Below, piece after piece: positions 26,565 through 38,146 of a stretch of DNA of 57,631 nt. Position 1 is the stretch's first letter. Each line of letters starts with the position of its first letter. Where the stretch lies: positions 93,748,585-93,806,215 of the forward strand of contig NC_068987.1 in the NCBI RefSeq assembly GCF_001194135.2. The letters run 5' to 3'. The DNA comes from Octopus bimaculoides. Its lineage: Eukaryota. The position numbers and the translations under genes were made by a program. Below the pieces are notes generated by a model. It worked only from the letters and a program-made list of their open reading frames with translations. It ran no database searches and was not told the origin of the DNA.

Positions 26565-26911
26565 CCCATAAGAAATTGACGGGAGTGTTAGTGGGGATGT
26601 TAGCTGGTAGGGTCAAAAGCATAATTAAAAATTTTGTTATCTCTTGCACTCCGTGTGTGTGTATGTGTGTTTTGTGTCTCTCTATATATATGCATACATG
26701 TATATGTGTATGTGTATGTGCATATATGTATATATATGTGTATGTATATGTGTATGCATATGTATATGCATGCATGTATATATATATCTATATATATATA
26801 TATATATATAGTGTCTCTCTGTATGCATGTATGCATATATATAGAGAGAGATAGAAAACGCAAAGCTTTCTTTTTTTTATTCTCTCTCTGCTTATTGTCT
26901 CATGTTCCTTT

Positions 26912-26945
26912 CTGTTGAGGAGTGTATGCTCGAAACGTAAAAGAC
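26912..26945 (+). ncRNA. Degenerate minimal hammerhead-ribozyme-like motif (Penelope terminal-repeat type)
   Basis: CTGTTGA-G-GAG(TGTATG)CTC-GAAAC-GTAAAA-GAC. Stem II and GAAAC are intact, the core has A6>U, the cleavage triplet is GAC instead of GUC, and stem I is not found. Confidence 0.35.
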
Positions 26946-27065
26946 TCTCACCTTCTCGACTGTTAAGCTAATACACCTATTTGTTGTTTACACACTTGTC
27001 TTCGTCTTTTATTTTTTGTACATTCCAACTATATGTTTATATATATATATATATATATACACAGA

Positions 27066-27998
27066 CAGGCATACCACACCCTACGTCATTAATTGGTTCC
27101 AGGAGACACGACTCAATTCAAATTAACTCGTCTGTAGTCTAGGCTAGGCCGAATTTACTTGTCTCTAAGTCAAACCGATACTAACCATTCCAGTTTTGTA
27201 CTTTATTTATGAATGCATTTTCAATAATACATAGTTAATAAAATCGTATTTTAAGCTTATAGGTAAATAATTTTTTTTATTTTCTAATACAGTACAGTAA
27301 CAAAAAAAAGTAATCTAAATTTAGGAATACAGTTTGGCGTTATTTACCGTACATCGCGGACGCGCTATTTATGAATGCGGTTTACAATAAGACATGTTAA
27401 AATAAAAGCCTTTCTTTAAGCTTATAAAAACAAATTCCGTAAATATTATTTTGCAATAGTAAAAAACAAAACAAAAAAAAACGCTAGAATATTTTAAATA
27501 TACCAATACGTACATACAATTTGGTGGTTTATATCGCAGGTGTAGATGGCTGTGGACCGTCAACATCAACAGCTGATTCTGGCTGTTCTTGTTGTTCGAT
27601 GCGCTTAAAAACCAGTTGAGAGTTCCTTGAACTGTCTTCTTTTTCTCAAGGATTACATTATAAGGAGCAAAAGCTTCGTGACAAGCCTGCATAGTCTTGG
27701 AAAGCGTTGAGCATCTGAATCCATATTCTCGAACATAGAAAGACTTTTTTGATATATGCAAATGCTTGTAGCATTTTCTTAATGGTAAAGCGACGTGGCT
27801 CAGGTTCGACTTTCTCTCCTTCTTTATTTTACTTCTCGTGAAGCTCTATCAAATCCTCGTTTGTCAGGGGCTGCTTGTCTGTTTCAAATAAATTTGTGAA
27901 ATCCTCCTCCTCCAAATCCATTTCCAGTTCTATGCTCGTCGCCACCAAAATTTTGTTGATAGCAACATTATCAAACCCCTTGAAATCATTCGTGGATT
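27066..27998 (-). mobile_element. Tigger/pogo-type DNA transposon, 3' portion with terminus
   Basis: The minus strand reads NDFKGFDN..ELEMDLEEEDFTNLFETDKQPLTNEDLIELHE..EPEPRRFTIKKMLQAF..EKKKTVQGTLNWF, like the Tigger C-terminus. The end CAGGCATACC at 27066 is a Tigger-type TIR start. Confidence 0.85.
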
Positions 27999-27999
27999 G

Positions 28000-28910
28000 C
28001 GGGCGAGAGAGAATAAAGATGAAAGATGTATTTGAGAAAATGTTAGCTGATGTTGAGGAGGACTGGAAATCATCCGACTATAGGAAAAGAGTTACCCGTA
28101 TCACGATGATTGATGCCGGGTGTCATAAACACCGACTTCATAATTTCTGTTCACAGAAAGTGGATCACTGTAAAGGTTGTGAAACGTGACCAGGACTCCT
28201 GTAACGGAAGCCGTGGCAAGTTAGACGGGATCCAACAAGCGTTCTGAGTGTGACGTCATGCAACACCTTCGAGATGGGTATTAGGCTCAATTGAGACGGT
28301 TATGGGAAGCTGTTTGAGACTGGTCAATACATGACTAAAGAGGGTTACCGCTGAAAAGCGATACGTGTGGCAGCAGGATTCGGTTCCTTGTTATATAACC
28401 GGAAAGTATCAGAAGTGGTTGTCGGAAAATATCTACGACTTCACTAGCCCCAATTTCCGGTTTCCCAATTCTCTCTATTTTAACCAATTAAATCCCAGTC
28501 CTATAAATCGGACAATAAATGGGAACATTAAATAAGCTATATCCCATTGCCTCAGAGTCCTATTTGTAGGACACCGAGTATTTCCATTTCTACTTGATGT
28601 AAAGGAGTTGTAATAATATTTTTTTTTCATTTTAACCTGTTTTCAACCATCTGGAAAAATTTCAAAGTAATATTTAGAAATTTAAATACTCTGGGGCTTA
28701 ATGGGTTAATCACAAGCATTATTGTGTGAGGTCTGAATTGAGAGAAACATCAGCCATCCAGATTGCAACACCAAGGCCGAGCTGGAGCTGGAGCTGGAGG
28801 CTAACATCAAGGTGTTCGGTGATCTTCCCTGGGACACAGTGATGAATGCATGCACCAGTTTCTGAAATCGTCTGGACGTCGCAGTGGGAGCCGGGGAGCA
28901 GTCACTTTGA
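28000..28910 (+). mobile_element. DD37D (maT-type) Tc1/mariner transposase relic interrupted by a MITE
   Basis: From ~28235 it reads FEMGIRLN*DGYGKLFET..YVWQQDSVPCYITGKYQKWLSENIYDFTSPNF..PNSLYFN[insert]HKHYCV..ERN..CNTKAEL..DLPWDTVMNACTSF. There are 37 residues between the QQD aspartate and the third catalytic position. The 5' boundary is approximate. Confidence 0.85.
28484..28705. mobile_element. piggyBac-type MITE (222 bp)
   Basis: TTAA TSD at 28480-83 and 28706-09. The TIRs CCAATTAAATCCCAG and the reverse complement CCCATTAAGCCCCAG match 12/15. Removing it restores the maT frame. Confidence 0.85.
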
Positions 28911-29730
28911 TTAAAGTGTCATTTCCTACCTACCTACATGCATACATACATACATACATACATATATTCATATATATGCAGTTACATAGAGATAGAGAGG
29001 AAAATAGGTATTTATATAAATACATTAATATAGAAGTATATTCATTAAATATACTAAGGGACATAACTTGAGTGGGCCAATGTCAGGAATGTTAAGAGAT
29101 AATGCATTGACCCTACCAAGTTTCCGTCACATGAAATCTCTACATTAGAGAAACCAGAACATAGAAATATCTTTCACGCCGCAGTATGAAAAGGGGAGAT
29201 AATTTGAAGAAAATGTTCAACCATATTTTCAGGCAAGAAAAAAAAACAGAAATGGTTTCTTTCGTATTTGAGCTCAACAGCTTAACATGTACAAATGAAA
29301 TCTGTTTGGATCTTTTGGCAGAAGATTTAACTAATGGAAATATTTAAATGAGAAGCTTTTATCAGAATTAACTTTCATAATTAAACATAAATTATGTTTA
29401 AGATTACTACTGCATATGTTCGCAATGGTAAACAGCGTTCATCCTCCCCCATGGAATTAGGATATTTTGGCGTCGGATTTTAAACTCTTACATATTAAAA
29501 GAGGAAAGACACTTACAGGTAATTATACAAATCATTGTTGATACATTTTAGCCCGAGACTAACGGATTTATAACTGATTGGTAAGGCATACAGTACTTAA
29601 TAGGCATTAGAATATCTACTGGGCCAATAATGAGGTGTATCTATGTTTCGAACCCGTGCAAGTCGCTTTAGTTTATACACTAAACATCAATGCATATCTA
29701 TTTACAACTCCTACACAAACACACACACAC

Positions 29731-29763
<33 letters not shown>

Positions 29764-30581
29764 NNNNNNNNNNNNNNNNNNNNNNNNNNNNNNNNNNNNN
29801 NNNNNNNNNNNNNNNNNNNNNNNNNNNNNNNNNNNNNNNNNNNNNNNNNNNNNNNNNNNNNNNNNNNNNNNNNNNNNNNNNNNNNNNNNNNNNNNNNNNN
29901 NNNNNNNNNNNNNNNNNNNNNNNNNNNNNNNNNNNNNNNNNNNNNNNNNNNNNNNNNNNNNNNNNNNNNNNNNNNNNNNNNNNNNNNNNNNNNNNNNNNN
30001 NNNNNNNNNNNNNNNNNNNNNNNNNNNNNNNNNNNNNNNNNNNNNNNNNNNNNNNNNNNNNNNNNNNNNNNNNNNNNNNNNNNNNNNNNNNNNNNNNNNN
30101 NNNNNNNNNNNNNNNNNNNNNNNNNNNNNNNNNNNNNNNNNNNNNNNNNNNNNNNNNNNNNNNNNNNNNNCATAGAAAAGAATGCAAGTTTCCCCAGGTG
30201 TGATATTTTAAGGAGCAAATCTTTTAACCTTTCCTGCTCTGTTGCAGCATAACTGACAGGAATAATCGATTGTTAGAAAAGAGGGATTGACAAAAATGTT
30301 TATGCGTTGTCCGTTGAGGAAAGCAGGTAAATTGGTTGGCACCACATTGCCTAAAGCCACAAGCGCCCCCATTCAGCCTAACTAAAATCGTCTTAAATAT
30401 TTACTGCTTGTCGTCTCATACATGGTTCCTATCGATTTTTATATCATTAAATGTGAGACTATTCCCTCATTCAAAAGGTGACATTTTAAATATTTCCAAA
30501 AAACAGAGAAACTGTTTTCAGAGCGTTGGCAAATCATGGATTTTTAAAATTATATTTTAAAGATTATTTATGTTTTGTTTT

Positions 30582-30612
30582 GGCCCGCATGACCTAGGTT
30601 TGCCGAATCCTG
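30582..30612 (-). mobile_element. Possible hAT (Charlie-like) terminus
   Basis: The reverse complement CAGGATTCGGCAAACCTAGGTCATGCGGGCC resembles CAGGGGTCGGCAAAC..GCGGGCC hAT ends. The partner end was not found. Confidence 0.35.
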
Positions 30613-30967
30613 ACGTACACTAAGTACTGACATGTCTAATTCCATCCTACATATTTTCAATCACATGTGTGAGTGTATGTGTAAGTAAGCGTGTGTTTAT
30701 ATGTGTATATGTGCGTGTTTGTATGTATGTGTGTATGTGCTTGTGTGTATAGTTTAAGTGTGTCTCTTATTGACACGTGCTGCGATTTTCTGGCCCAAAT
30801 CTTACTAAAAACAATATAAAAAAAGCAACTGGGACTAAACAACAGTAACATTCATCCTGATCGGGACTGCCATATTATATTGGCAAATAATCTTTATTTT
30901 AAACTACTGCTACTGCATGTCTCTCGTTGAAAGATTTAGAAATAATAATGTTTCTATTTATACGCTC

Positions 30968-31258
30968 ATATATTGGTGTGTTTGGGAAAAGTCATTCACT
31001 TTTGGTGCCTTATTATTTAACACATTCACCGGTAAAGTTTCCACTCATTTACTTATTTACATTTATTTTTCCTAAAGTTTCCAGTGTGTCTTGCAACCTT
31101 TTCAATGCGTCGTTGACTATTGAAACGGTTGCAAAAAGCAACGAAATTTTTAGGAAAAATAAGTAAATGAGTAAATGAGTGGAACTTTTACCGGTGAGTA
31201 TGTTTAATAAATAGGGTACTAAAAGTGAATGACTCTCTCCAGACACAACCAAATATGC
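30968..31258. repeat. ~290-bp imperfect palindrome (foldback/MITE-like)
   Basis: The arms pair from the ends (GGTGTGTTTGGGAAAAGTCATTCACTTTTGGTGCC / GGGTACTAAAAGTGAATGACTCTCTCCAGACACAACC) through TCACCGGTAAAGTTTCCACTCATTTAC to a ~3-nt centre at 31112-31114. Confidence 0.9.
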
Positions 31259-32461
31259 TTCAATATACGAACTCACATAAAGAATCTTGCAAACCGAATC
31301 CCAAAACGAAGTACCTATATATATATATAAGATTGCTCTTCATATTGCATTTAAGGTAATGCTCACATTACTTAAATAAATTGAAGTAGCATGAAACGTG
31401 CGTACTGCAATCACTTTTGAAATCCGTGTTGCTTATTATTTGATTTTAATCACCCATCCTTTTCGGATGTGAAATTCGGGTGCCTTCGCATAAGTACCAT
31501 ATTCAAGCCTTGAATCTATATCTAAACCGTCTATATNNNNNNNNNNNNNNNNNNNNNNNNNNNNNNNNNNNNNNNNNNNNNNNNNNNNNNNNNNNNNNNN
31601 NNNNNNNNNNNNNNNNNNNNNNNNNNNNNNNNNNNNNNNNNNNNNNNNNNNNNNNNNNNNNNNNNNNNNNNNNNNNNNNNNNNNNNNNNNNNNNNNNNNN
31701 NNNNNNNNNNNNNNNNNNNNNNNNNNNNNNNNNNNNNNNNNNNNNNNNNNNNNNNNNNNNNNNNNNNNNNNNNNNNNNNNNNNNNNNNNNNNNNNNNNNN
31801 NNNNNNNNNNNNNNNNNNNNNNNNNNNNNNNNNNNNNNNNNNNNNNNNNNNNNNNNNNNNNNNNNNNNNNNNNNNTATATATATATATATATACACACAT
31901 ACACACACACACATGCAAGCGCACACACATGCAAGCGCACACACACACACACGTGCACATATGTACATTTTGGGGATTTAAGCTTCCAAGCAATCCTATT
32001 ATCTACAACCGAGATTAATAATATATCGGTCAAAAGAAATTAATGAGAAAATAAAACTAAATAGCCAAAGAGATAAACTAATTCAATAATTTAAGATAAT
32101 TTAATGAATAGTTAAGTACAACAGAAATTAATATAGAAAGAGATATAGATGAGGCTGGCTTGTTTTTGATCATGAAGTTTTTAATAAAGAATTCACCTTT
32201 TATTGTTGCGAAAGTTATTAAAGATTATTCCATTCAGTCTTGTTTATGATGATTTGGTGCCAACATTAACAAGTTCAGTTTCGATAATTCATAGAAGTTC
32301 ATTGATTGTATTTGATACCAGGTGGTAATAATTGAGTTTGTTTCTTGTTTCTCTAATTGCGGTAGTCGACTGAAGGATGTATACACATCCACATACACAC
32401 ACAATCATCCACATACACACATACACACACTTAAACCTTCAAGATTAATATAATCTATTTA

Positions 32462-33334
32462 TGAGGTGATATCAAAACGTTCCTGGACTAGTGTTTAACA
32501 AAAAGAAAAAAACTTATTTATCTAAGATTTAACATCATTTCCTTCGAAATAATCACCTTGCACAGCACTACACTGGTCCCAGCGTTCCTGCTACTTTTCG
32601 AATCCAGCTTCAAAGTCGTTTTCCGTAAGCGAGTCGAGTACCTTCTGCGATTCGCTCTCGGTATCGACAGCGGTGTTAAAACAGCAACCTTTGAGCTGCA
32701 TTTTCATCTTAGAGAAGTGATAAGTCCGCAGATACGAAATCCGGTGAATAGGGCGAGTGAGAAAGCGACACCACGGTTTTGTCGAGAAACTCATGTGTGA
32801 GGAGTGCTCGGTGACAGGGTGCATTTTTGTCGGGAAGAATCTAATTCTTCGCGCTCCGCAGATCCGATCGTCTTCACCGAATGTCCACCCTCAAATGCTT
32901 CAAAACACCATTGACTATCTTCCGATGATCTTCATACACAAGCTAACGAATTTTCTCCACACGTGCTGTGACGCTAGTCGTCTTCCAGGGATGTTCTTTT
33001 GGTTTTGAAGAGCCCCTGTTCTCGAAGCATTACGTACGACCCACTGCCTCATCACCGTAAGCTTACCTAGCCCTCAACAATGTCTCTGTAGAAGACTTCC
33101 CAAGTTTAAAGCAAAATGTCACGTTTGTTCTTTTCCAACTGTCTATCCACGAAAAGAAATCGCAGACTACAGCATACACGTGATCACAAAATCACAAATT
33201 CCATAAATACAGCAATGTCACTCGGCAGACTGTCTCATGGGGGTCACTGCTAGCTGTCACTGAGCATGCATCTACTTGATGCCGTTTATTGGTGCGCGAC
33301 ATAACTAGTCCGCGAACATTTTGATACCGCCTTC
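32462..33334 (-). mobile_element. Mariner element, internally deleted, both TIRs
   Basis: 31-bp TIRs at 32462-92 and 33304-34 (24/31 match) with flanking TA. The minus strand reads RTNVTFCFKLGKSSTETL..AYGDEAVGRT..RTSLEDD and KMKMQLKGCCFNT..SESQKVLDSLTENDFEAGFEK. Confidence 0.92.
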
Positions 33335-33834
33335 TATATACGCCATTGATTGATCAGTTAGTGTAGTATGTCTCCTCTCAGATAACATCTCTTTAGTATG
33401 TGCTTTCTTAAAAGCATAATAACTCTCTGAGGGAGACGAAAATGTTCCAGCAACAGGCAGCAAGAACCCCAGATGCATTTCAGTGCGTTTGGGACATTTC
33501 ACTGACGCGTACTTGCAACCAGACACCTGCATCGTCAAGAATTCATCTCCTCGGATGTTTATTGTGGTTTAAACATAGCACATCTATGAGATAAATCCAA
33601 GGACAAGCGCCGCGGTCACTGAAATATCAACAGTGTTCATACATTAAGTATGACACGTAGAGTGCAATTTTAATTTAATACTGCTCCAGTTGCGTGTATT
33701 GTGTGTGTGTGCGCGCGCGTGTTTGTGTGTGTATATGTGAGTGTGTGTGTGTGAGTGTAAGTGTATTAATGAACACACTGGGAAGATGTTTAAAATGCGT
33801 CAAAAATATATTATACGCTTTCAAAGAATACATA

Positions 33835-34023
33835 CTTTTGTATCATAATTCAACAGAAAATATATTGGTGATACGTATTCATAAGATAAGGTTGAGATGT
33901 ATAACACGAATGAAAAGGAGAGAAAAGAGTGTCACTTGTTCATTTGAGCCTTTTTGATGGAAACAGTTTTTATCGTTTACATTTCTTATCTGTGTTGGGG
34001 AGAAATGCGGTTTTGTTATAGAA
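33835..34023 (+). repeat. Unclassified dispersed repeat, copy 1
   Basis: Aligns with 54925-55106 (GAAAATATATTGGTG..ACGTATTCATA.GATAAGGTT.A.ATGTATAA.AC.AATGAAAAG..CTTGTTCAT). Confidence 0.8.
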
Positions 34024-34735
34024 TATATATAATTTCATTTTCTTTCGGATTTTAACGTTGGAATTTGCTTTATTAAGCTCGTTCATGGGTTCTAGCTATC
34101 AGATACAAGTATAACACGGAAACTGATATTTTTACAAAAATCCGTAAATATCCGTAGAGTTTATATAATTATTAACAAGGTGGATAGAGTAAGGTGTAGA
34201 TATTTTTGCGTTGTTAGTATAATAATATCGATGCAATGTATTGTTACACAATAATAACAATGATGCAGAAATATCCTCCTGATAAAATATCGATGCAACA
34301 CTTGTAAAATTATGTAATAAAACGAATTGCTCACTCCATTCTCCTTAGTAATTTATAATATACATATAATTGTTTCTACAATATCAGTTATATTGGCGAA
34401 CTCACAATATATTTTATGTGCATCAAAGTTCATAATATGTCCATATATAAAAGATTGCCGTGAGATGGATGAAAGACCAAAATGATTCTACGTCGACAAT
34501 AAAGTCAGACGAGAAACCGATAGAAATAAAAATCGTTTAGAAGCATTTCAACTTGTGCTCTTATATTCTAGTCACATCAATGCAGTTGAAATATGTTACT
34601 AAGAATAATTGATCGGCTGTTCCAATCTATAGACCAATAATTACCAATTTAATAGCAATTATATATACATTTTACACACCATCAGATGGTATATGAGATT
34701 CGTCGAATATTTTGTCAATTCTATTAGATTCAAGT

Positions 34736-35400
34736 TGTAATGACTGTGGCATTGCAAATGTGTGTGAAACCCAATAATTCTCTGAAGCACATTAAATCCT
34801 TCAGCGTTCAAATAACAACAAGAAGTTAAGAAATCTGTTGACCAATTAACCTTTCCTCCAACCTACATTCTTCTGCGATTCCTTAAAACACACGACAACT
34901 ATTTTTCTATATTAAAACCTACATAACATATCGTTGACATACCTGATTACAAGGTTTGCATACTGGACTGAAATCTGAACTACAACAACCTCCACCTTCC
35001 CAAACCAAACAGGGTTGATTGTTTCCATTTGGTATAAATAACTTCAACAACAAAACCTAGTCACACATCTGATCACCATCTAACCTTTTCATTTGCATTG
35101 ATCAAATGTGTACCTCAAAAAATAAAGCGCGGACTTAAATCTGACACACCTATATAGACATACCTCATTACAAAGTTTTACTCGCATAATTCTACTCTAA
35201 ACAAGAATACAACTCATACTTCCTGCTGTAAAACACCCCATCACAATCTATCTATAATCTAATTATCCTTTATATAGCTCAATCTGCCCCAAACTTCCCA
35301 GTGGGTATATACAACGAAGATGAAATCAAATGCACTCCAATCCGATGATGGTTAGCAGACCGAAACATCGAAGTTCCTACCAGCGCTATTCGTGTAAAAG
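34736..35400 (+). mobile_element. Probable Penelope-like element 3' relic
   Basis: 34736-34771 encodes CNDCGIANVCET, two single-base changes from the GIY-YIG CxDCxxxYVGET motif. A hammerhead-like motif lies near the 3' end, followed by (TA)n. Confidence 0.45.
35342..35375 (+). ncRNA. Degenerate minimal hammerhead-ribozyme-like motif
   Basis: CCGATGA-T-GGT(TAGCAG)ACC-GAAA-CA(TCGA)AGT-T. The core has U4>C, stem II is 3 bp, stem III has a palindromic TCGA loop and one mismatch, the triplet is GUU, and stem I is not found. Confidence 0.42.
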
Positions 35401-35786
35401 AAATATATATATATATATATANNNNNNNNNNNNNNNNNNNNNNNNNNNNNNNNNNNNNNNNNNNNNNNNNNNNNNNNNNNNNNNNNNNNNNNNNNNNNNN
35501 NNNNNNNNNNNNNNNNNNNNNNNNNNNNNNNNNNNNNNNNNNNNNNNNNNNNNNNNNNNNNNNNNNNNNNNNNNNNNNNNNNNNNNNNNNNNNNNNNNNN
35601 NNNNNNNNNNNNNNNNNNNNNNNNNNNNNNNNNNNNNNNNNNNNNNNNNNNNNNNNNNNNNNNNNNNNNNNNNNNNNNNNNNNNNNNNNNNNNNNNNNNN
35701 NNNNNNNNNNNNNNNNNNNNNNNNNNNNNNNNNNNNNNNNNNNNNNNNNNNNNNNNNNNNNNNNNNNNNNNNNNNNNNNNNNNNNN

Positions 35787-35819
<33 letters not shown>

Positions 35820-36956
35820 TATGCGCGCTCATGCATCTATTTCTGCGTAGAAAGACAATTGTTTTAGGCAGTATTTCTCTCTGAGTAAACACAATGAAAT
35901 ACTGTGACTTAACGTGCATTACGAGACTAATTGTTGCCTCATAAATTCAAACATATCCGAGCCTAAGTAATTTTTATGTGAGATGGAAGACTTTGTTGCT
36001 TAATTGTATTGTCTCAGATGTTCTCAAAGTCTTTGTCTTCGTGCTATTCTGCATTGAAATAAAAAATGAATTTGGACGGAAGTTATGAAATAAAAATGTA
36101 CCAATTAAAATGAGTAGAAAACTGGTTCAAGAATTGATAGGATTCAGCAAAGCAGGTAAGCAAGAGGCAGGAAGCGTGCGTAGATCAAACTTAGATTGAC
36201 TGGTTCGATATATAGTAACAAAAGAAATGCTTAAAAAAACAGTAACATGACAGTAAAGATAGTAACGACTGATACCCACAATTTGGTGGTCCAGAAGTGC
36301 ATGGAAACATCCTCTTGGCTGCAATTTTTTTCTTCTCCTTTTCCATTGAATTCCTTCCCAACTCTATTAATCTATTCTTTCGTTCTGAAGATGGATGAAG
36401 CTGTTCACATGCTTCAAACTTGTGCTGATTCATATAACCTTGTCAACATTAATCTACTTTATGTATACGGATATACAATACATATTATTATTTTCACCGA
36501 ACACCACAGCCTGGAAACAGCTGTAAATGTACACCCGCATTCTCCCCACTCTTATTTGAGTGGTTTGTACAGTAATTCTCAACTTGAACCAATACGATCA
36601 CATTCAGCCTCATCGGTTGCTTTGCTCTCCACATTCTACATCTTTTTCTGATAACTCTTTATATTTTTACGCTCTTTCTATAACTATTTTATATATGATA
36701 TCATATTTTTGGTTAGTTCCTGTCCAACTCCAGTTCTTTTATACTTTTATTTACTCGAATGATACATGACTTACAACCAACTCTTAATTGCAAATGCTGC
36801 ATCTCTTCATTCCACGTTGGATTTTAGATGATTCTCCGGTCTGACTAAGTATCGTCGATACCAATTTTATGCCATTTTTTCACTGTCTTGCCCATTACAC
36901 ACAAACACATACACACACACACACACACATACACACACACACACACNNNNNNNNNN

Positions 36957-37002
<46 letters not shown>

Positions 37003-37350
37003 TTGTCGAGCTGGCAACATTGGATATAACGTCATGCGTATTTCGCTCCGTCTGGTCTTTTACTCTCCAAATTTGCATAACATCTTTATTGATAGACCTT
37101 TCTGATATTATATATTTACTGTACATGTGGAGTACTGAGGAGTGGAGTCGCGCTGATTCATCTTCTACTCTCACTCTCTCTCCCTCTTTTTCGCCCTCTC
37201 TCTGGAGAAAATCAACTCACCTCAGAACTGAACGTGTTTGGGCTTTGCTATTTTAAAAATCTTTCGGACAAGCTCTATGCCATGATGTCACCACTATGAC
37301 TTGTCAAGTGTTTCTACTCTATATACATATACAAGTGTGTGTGCGCACGC

Positions 37351-37394
<44 letters not shown>

Positions 37395-38091
37395 TGGCTT
37401 GTGTCACTTCCTGAATGCGCTGTAAATTCCTTCCCGTAAATGATGACCAACTTCAAAACAAGAAAATCACAAAACCTCTGCTAGCAAATATTTTTGCTTT
37501 CTAATATTGGAATTTGTAGAATTAAACAGCCACAAATAGATTAAATAATATTTATAAGAAAATTAAAACTAAAGCATTTCAAAAGAACATCAATTTGTAA
37601 AATCATTTATGCTAAGAAACGATAAAGGAATTACGAAAACGAAATTCTAACATTTATTTAATGTTTTATTTGAATTTTTGTGATTTTTCTTCTAATTTTG
37701 TAAAGAAGATATAAAAGAATTCTAATGAGATTTTTCTATAAACTGAAGAATTTTTCAAGAACGAATGTTTACTTCAAATTGTCAGTTAGATGAGGAACTC
37801 TCGCAACATATTGCCCACACCTCTCATATTACTGTCGTTTAACACCTCCATTTCTTTTCTTTTTATATATTAACTCTGTGTTCTTTATTTTCTTGTTGCT
37901 GTTTATCGGTAAAATACATTAAACAATAACCATATTGGCTGTCTTTTACGAAATATTTTCTAAATCTCTTACAATGATCCATTTATTAATACAGCATATC
38001 ATTTTTCCACTCACTAAATACATTTATTTCATTGCTCTTACTCACTGGATTTCATTCAAGGCAGCTCATTGAAATTTATTTCGAAAACCAC

Positions 38092-38146
<55 letters not shown>
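38092..38146. repeat. (TAT)n microsatellite
   Basis: Perfect run of ~18 units. Confidence 0.97.
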
